Shown piece after piece: positions 60,636 to 64,000 of a stretch of DNA of 64,000 bases. The DNA comes from Candidatus Darwinibacter acetoxidans (GTDB taxonomy: Bacteria; Bacillota; Limnochordia; Darwinibacteriales; Darwinibacteriaceae), in the NCBI GenBank assembly GCA_041936745.1, contig JBHGWS010000001.1:2951-66950 (forward strand), in the 5' to 3' direction. Under the pieces are notes generated by a model. The model did no database searches. It was not told where the DNA came from and was given only the letters and a program-made list of their open reading frames with translations. Position numbers and translations under genes: made by a program. Position 1 is the first letter of the stretch. Every line of letters begins with the position of its first letter.

Positions 60636-63287
60636 ATGAATACTAACCATTCAGTCGATTCAATTCGGGAAATGTTTTTGGAGTTTTTTAGAAATAAGGA
60701 CCACCGCATTTTACCCAGCGATTCCTTAATCCCGCACGGGGATCCTACATTATTGCTGACTGTTGCGGGCATGGTTCCTTTTAAAAAATATTTTTTAGGC
60801 TTAGAAAAACCGGTCTACCCCAGGGTAGCGACAAGCCAACGCTGTATCCGCACAGGCGATATTGAAAACGTTGGTAAAACCGACCGGCACGGGACCTTCT
60901 TTGAGATGCTGGGTAATTTCTCGTTCGGTGATTATTTCAAAAAAGAAATCATACCCTGGTCTTGGGAATTCGTGCGAGACTACCTGAAACTGCCGCCGGA
61001 GAAATTGTGGGTCACCATCTATTTAGATGATGATGAAGCAGAGGAGATTTGGCGCAAGTCCGTGGGCATCCCCCCGGAAAGAATTGTCCGCTTAGGCAAA
61101 GAAGATAATTTTTGGGAAACAGGTTCCGGCCCCTGCGGCCCCTGCTCGGAAATACATATCGATCGGGGAGTTGAATTTGGCTGCGGGAAGGCCGACTGCA
61201 AGCCCGGCTGTGATTGCGACAGATTCTTTGAATTCTGGAATTTGGTTTTTATCCAGTACGAACAAAAAGGGGATCAATACATCCCCTTAGCTAAAAAAAG
61301 CGTTGATACGGGGATGGGCTTAGAGCGGGTTGCCGCTTTGCTGCAGGGTAAACCGAGCATTTTCGAGATCGATAACGTGAAACCGATTGTGGACGGCATT
61401 GCCCGGCTGGCGGGCATTAAGTACGGGGAAGATGAGGAAAACGATGTTTCCCTGCGGGTGATTGCAGATCATCTGCGGGCAGTTACATTTTTGGTTTTTG
61501 ACGGGGTCCTGCCTACCAATGAAGGGCGGGGCTATGTTTTAAGGCGCCTTCTGCGTCGGGCGATCAGGCACGCCAGGCTTTTGAATCTAAATGAGCCTTT
61601 TTTAAACACAGGTGTGGATCTTGTTGCCGGCGAGATGGCACAACCGTATCCGGAACTTGCCGGCCGCCTGGATTATATCCATAAAGTGGTCGGTTTAGAA
61701 GAGGAGCGTTTCAACCAAACCCTCGATCAGGGCATCCGCCTTTTGGACGATCTGATCGCGGCGGCAAAAAAGGCCAAGGCAACAATCATTGACGGCAAAG
61801 ATGCTTTCCAACTTTACGACACATTCGGGTTCCCTCTGGAATTAACTACGGAAATTTTGGCAGAACACGGCTTAGAGGTTGATCAAGCTGCTTTCCAGGC
61901 CGCCATGGCGGCACAAAGGGAGCGGGCTCGAAAAGCCCGCACCGCCACCGGCTATTTGGATGAAGGTTTAGCCGCTTACCAAAACCTGGCCAATACGGTT
62001 GAAGTAGAGTTTTTAGGTTACGGCCAGCCAACTGCTGCCGCAAAGCTTTTGGGAATCATTGCCGCGGGCAGGGAAGTGGATTCGGCGAGCGCTGGCGAGG
62101 AAGTCGCCTTAGTTTTAGACCGGACGCCTTTTTATGCGGAAAGCGGCGGCCAAACAGCGGACACGGGTTTGATTACCACTGAGACCGGCAGGGTACGCAT
62201 TAAAGACGTGCAGCGGCCTATAGAGGGATTAATCAGCCACCTGGGGGTAGTGGAAGATGGTTTTGTCACCGTGGGCAGCGATGTTCAGGCGGCAATTGAT
62301 ACCAAACTGCGCCAAGAGACAGCCCGCCATCACAGCGCCACCCATTTGCTGCACAGTGTCTTAAAAAAGACGCTGGGCGAGCATGTCAACCAAGCGGGCT
62401 CCTATGTGGGCCCTGACCGGCTGCGCTTTGACTTCACGCATTTTCAAGCTTTGACGCCTGCCGAACTTTTAAACATTGAAGAGCGGGTCAATGCGATTAT
62501 TCTTCAGAACGAACCGGTTTCCGCCCAGGTTACCGATTTGGAGACCGCTAAGAAAAAAGGGGCTTTAGCCCTTTTCGGTGAAAAGTACGACGAGCGGGTC
62601 CGGATGGTGCAGATTGGGGCGGAGTCTCTGGAGCTCTGCGGCGGAACACATGTCCGGGCTACCGGGGAGCTGGGCTTGTTTAAAATAATTTCGGAAGGCA
62701 GTGTTGCCGCGGGAGTGCGCAGGATAGAAGCTGTAGTGGGCTTTGAGGCTTTAGAATATGTGAGGGAAAGAGAAGCAATCCTGCAACAAGCCCAAGAACG
62801 GCTGCCCGGCCAAGTGGCGGAACTGCCCCAGTTAATCGACGGGCTGCTGGCAAGAAACCGGGAATTGGAGCGGGAAATTACTTCGCTGCAGGAAAAAAGA
62901 GTGCTCGCTTCTTTGGATGATCTGTTGAGCGGTGCAGAAACAATTGACGGTGTCTCACTTCTCGCCGCCGAGGTAGAGGCACAGGATGCGGAAACTTTGC
63001 GTAAAATAGGTGATCGGCTGCGGGATCGGCTGGAGCCGGGGGCAGTGCTCTTGGGGGCGCGCAGCGAAGGCCGGGTCTTGTTTTTAAGCATGATTTCCAA
63101 ACCGCTGACTAAAAAGGGCTTCCACGCGGGGGAGGTTGTCAAGGCTGCGGCTAAGGTCTGCGGCGGTGGTGGCGGCGGCCGGCCCGATATGGCGCAAGCG
63201 GGGGGCAGAAATGCCGAAAAACTGCCGGAGGCCCTGCAGGCGGGCCTTAAGATTCTTCGTCAACAATTGGAGGGTATTAACTCCTAA
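60636..63287 (+). CDS. alaS: Alanine--tRNA ligase
   Basis: REMFLEFF N-terminus, editing-domain HxxxH/CxxxH, and C-terminal C-Ala domain. Confidence 0.9.
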   Translation: MNTNHSVDSIREMFLEFFRNKDHRILPSDSLIPHGDPTLLLTVAGMVPFKKYFLGLEKPVYPRVATSQRCIRTGDIENVGKTDRHGTFFEMLGNFSFGDYFKKEIIPWSWEFVRDYLKLPPEKLWVTIYLDDDEAEEIWRKSVGIPPERIVRLGKEDNFWETGSGPCGPCSEIHIDRGVEFGCGKADCKPGCDCDRFFEFWNLVFIQYEQKGDQYIPLAKKSVDTGMGLERVAALLQGKPSIFEIDNVKPIVDGIARLAGIKYGEDEENDVSLRVIADHLRAVTFLVFDGVLPTNEGRGYVLRRLLRRAIRHARLLNLNEPFLNTGVDLVAGEMAQPYPELAGRLDYIHKVVGLEEERFNQTLDQGIRLLDDLIAAAKKAKATIIDGKDAFQLYDTFGFPLELTTEILAEHGLEVDQAAFQAAMAAQRERARKARTATGYLDEGLAAYQNLANTVEVEFLGYGQPTAAAKLLGIIAAGREVDSASAGEEVALVLDRTPFYAESGGQTADTGLITTETGRVRIKDVQRPIEGLISHLGVVEDGFVTVGSDVQAAIDTKLRQETARHHSATHLLHSVLKKTLGEHVNQAGSYVGPDRLRFDFTHFQALTPAELLNIEERVNAIILQNEPVSAQVTDLETAKKKGALALFGEKYDERVRMVQIGAESLELCGGTHVRATGELGLFKIISEGSVAAGVRRIEAVVGFEALEYVREREAILQQAQERLPGQVAELPQLIDGLLARNRELEREITSLQEKRVLASLDDLLSGAETIDGVSLLAAEVEAQDAETLRKIGDRLRDRLEPGAVLLGARSEGRVLFLSMISKPLTKKGFHAGEVVKAAAKVCGGGGGGRPDMAQAGGRNAEKLPEALQAGLKILRQQLEGINS

Positions 63288-63328
63288 CTGTAGAATAAGT
63301 ATAGTATGAGAGTTGAGAGGGGGTCACC

Positions 63329-63589
63329 ATGACTGAATTTGATGATAAAACCACATTGTTCCGCTACAAGTCTTTGGATCAGGATCTATCCGTAAAGGAG
63401 GTTTTAGGGGAAATTTACCGAGCCCTGCAGGAAAAAGGCTACAATCCCGTAGGGCAGATAGTTGGCTATCTGATGTCTGGCGATCCTACATTTATAACCA
63501 GCCATAAAAAGGCCAGAAGTTTGATCACGAGGCTGGAAAGAGATATAATCCTGGAAGAACTCATAAAAGAATTCCTAAAAGAGCAGTGA
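63329..63589 (+). CDS. ireB: UPF0297 protein IreB/YrzL
   Basis: LSVKEVLGEIYRALQEKGYNPVGQIVGYLMSGDPTFITS. Conserved position after alaS. Confidence 0.7.
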   Translation: MTEFDDKTTLFRYKSLDQDLSVKEVLGEIYRALQEKGYNPVGQIVGYLMSGDPTFITSHKKARSLITRLERDIILEELIKEFLKEQ

Positions 63590-63719
63590 TCATCGCTTTG
63601 CCAGCTTAAGAGCTGCAAAAATATACTGACTGGCCACCGCCCGCAGCCGTGCGGGCTGTGGCTCTGTTCTTTTTCTGGAAACCTATTTAACAATATAGCC
63701 AGCAAAGGAGTGCCCGGTT

Positions 63720-64000
63720 ATGATTACGATTAGTGCCGACAGCACCTGTGATCTGAGCCCAGAGTTTATTGCAAAACACCAAATAGTGACCACTCCCCTC
63801 AGTCTAGTGGTGGGGAATCGGGTTTATAAAGACGGTGTTGATATAACACCGGCCGATATTTTTAATTACGTCGAAAAAGAGAATTTGGCCTGCCATACCG
63901 CGGCAGTCAATGTGGCCGAATACTACCGCCATTTTGAAAAATATGCCGCCAAAGCAGAGGCGGTAATCCACATCTCTTTAGGTTCGCGCTTTTCATCGTG
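63720..64000 (+). CDS. DegV-family fatty-acid-binding protein, 5' portion only (runs off the window)
   Basis: MITISADSTCDLSPEFIAKHQIV..GVDI resembles DegV N-termini. AAGGAG RBS. Confidence 0.6.
   Translation, partial: MITISADSTCDLSPEFIAKHQIVTTPLSLVVGNRVYKDGVDITPADIFNYVEKENLACHTAAVNVAEYYRHFEKYAAKAEAVIHISLGSRFSS

Overview
This 64-kb window looks like a conserved, low-plasticity chromosomal segment from a spore-forming Firmicute, probably a Clostridia or Peptococcaceae-like organism at roughly 52% GC. Almost all genes run on the + strand in tight operons with GGAGG-type ribosome-binding sites, and gene order resembles two Bacillus subtilis blocks (yqe/yqf and yrb/yrv) joined together.

Gene content, in order:
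- **Rnf and competence:** rnfG, rnfE, rnfA (no rnfB follows), then comEA, comEC, holA.
- **Sporulation and translation:** rpsT (- strand), gpr, a GerM-domain gene (- strand), spoIIP, murJ, lepA, hemW.
- **Heat shock:** a perfect CIRCE element, then hrcA, grpE, dnaK, dnaJ.
- **RNA modification and ribosome:** prmA, rsmE, mtaB, a HIT-family gene, rpsU.
- **Membrane and sporulation:** nfeD, floA, a yqfB-like gene, yqfC, yqfD.
- **Signalling and maturation:** phoH, pgpH, ybeY, a dgkA-PAP2 fusion, cdd, era.
- **Sigma factor insert:** a sigI/rsgI pair sits between era and queA.
- **tRNA modification and secretion:** queA, tgt, yajC, then a three-gene cassette (secreted protein, PP2C phosphatase, small P-loop NTPase), then secD, secF.
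- **Nucleotide and stringent response:** hpt (- strand), recJ, apt, rel, dtd, an MBL-fold hydrolase, hemZ, a PpiC-TPR protein.
- **tRNA charging and Fe-S assembly:** hisS, aspS, a holin-like small membrane protein (- strand), a likely 6S RNA, tcdA, rarA, iscR, iscS, iscU.
- **Window end:** a small ORF, an AI-2E transporter, alaS, ireB, and a partial degV.

No mobile elements, CRISPR arrays or tRNA genes are visible. The points most worth a second look are:
- the sigI/rsgI pair and the three-gene cassette, both inserted into otherwise conserved synteny;
- an RnfG with four FMN-binding domains and a near-perfect internal tandem duplication;
- a dgkA-PAP2 fusion;
- a promoter- and terminator-bounded structured RNA of about 212 nt between aspS and tcdA (6S RNA candidate);
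- a PpiC-TPR foldase, and several untranslated intergenic stretches.
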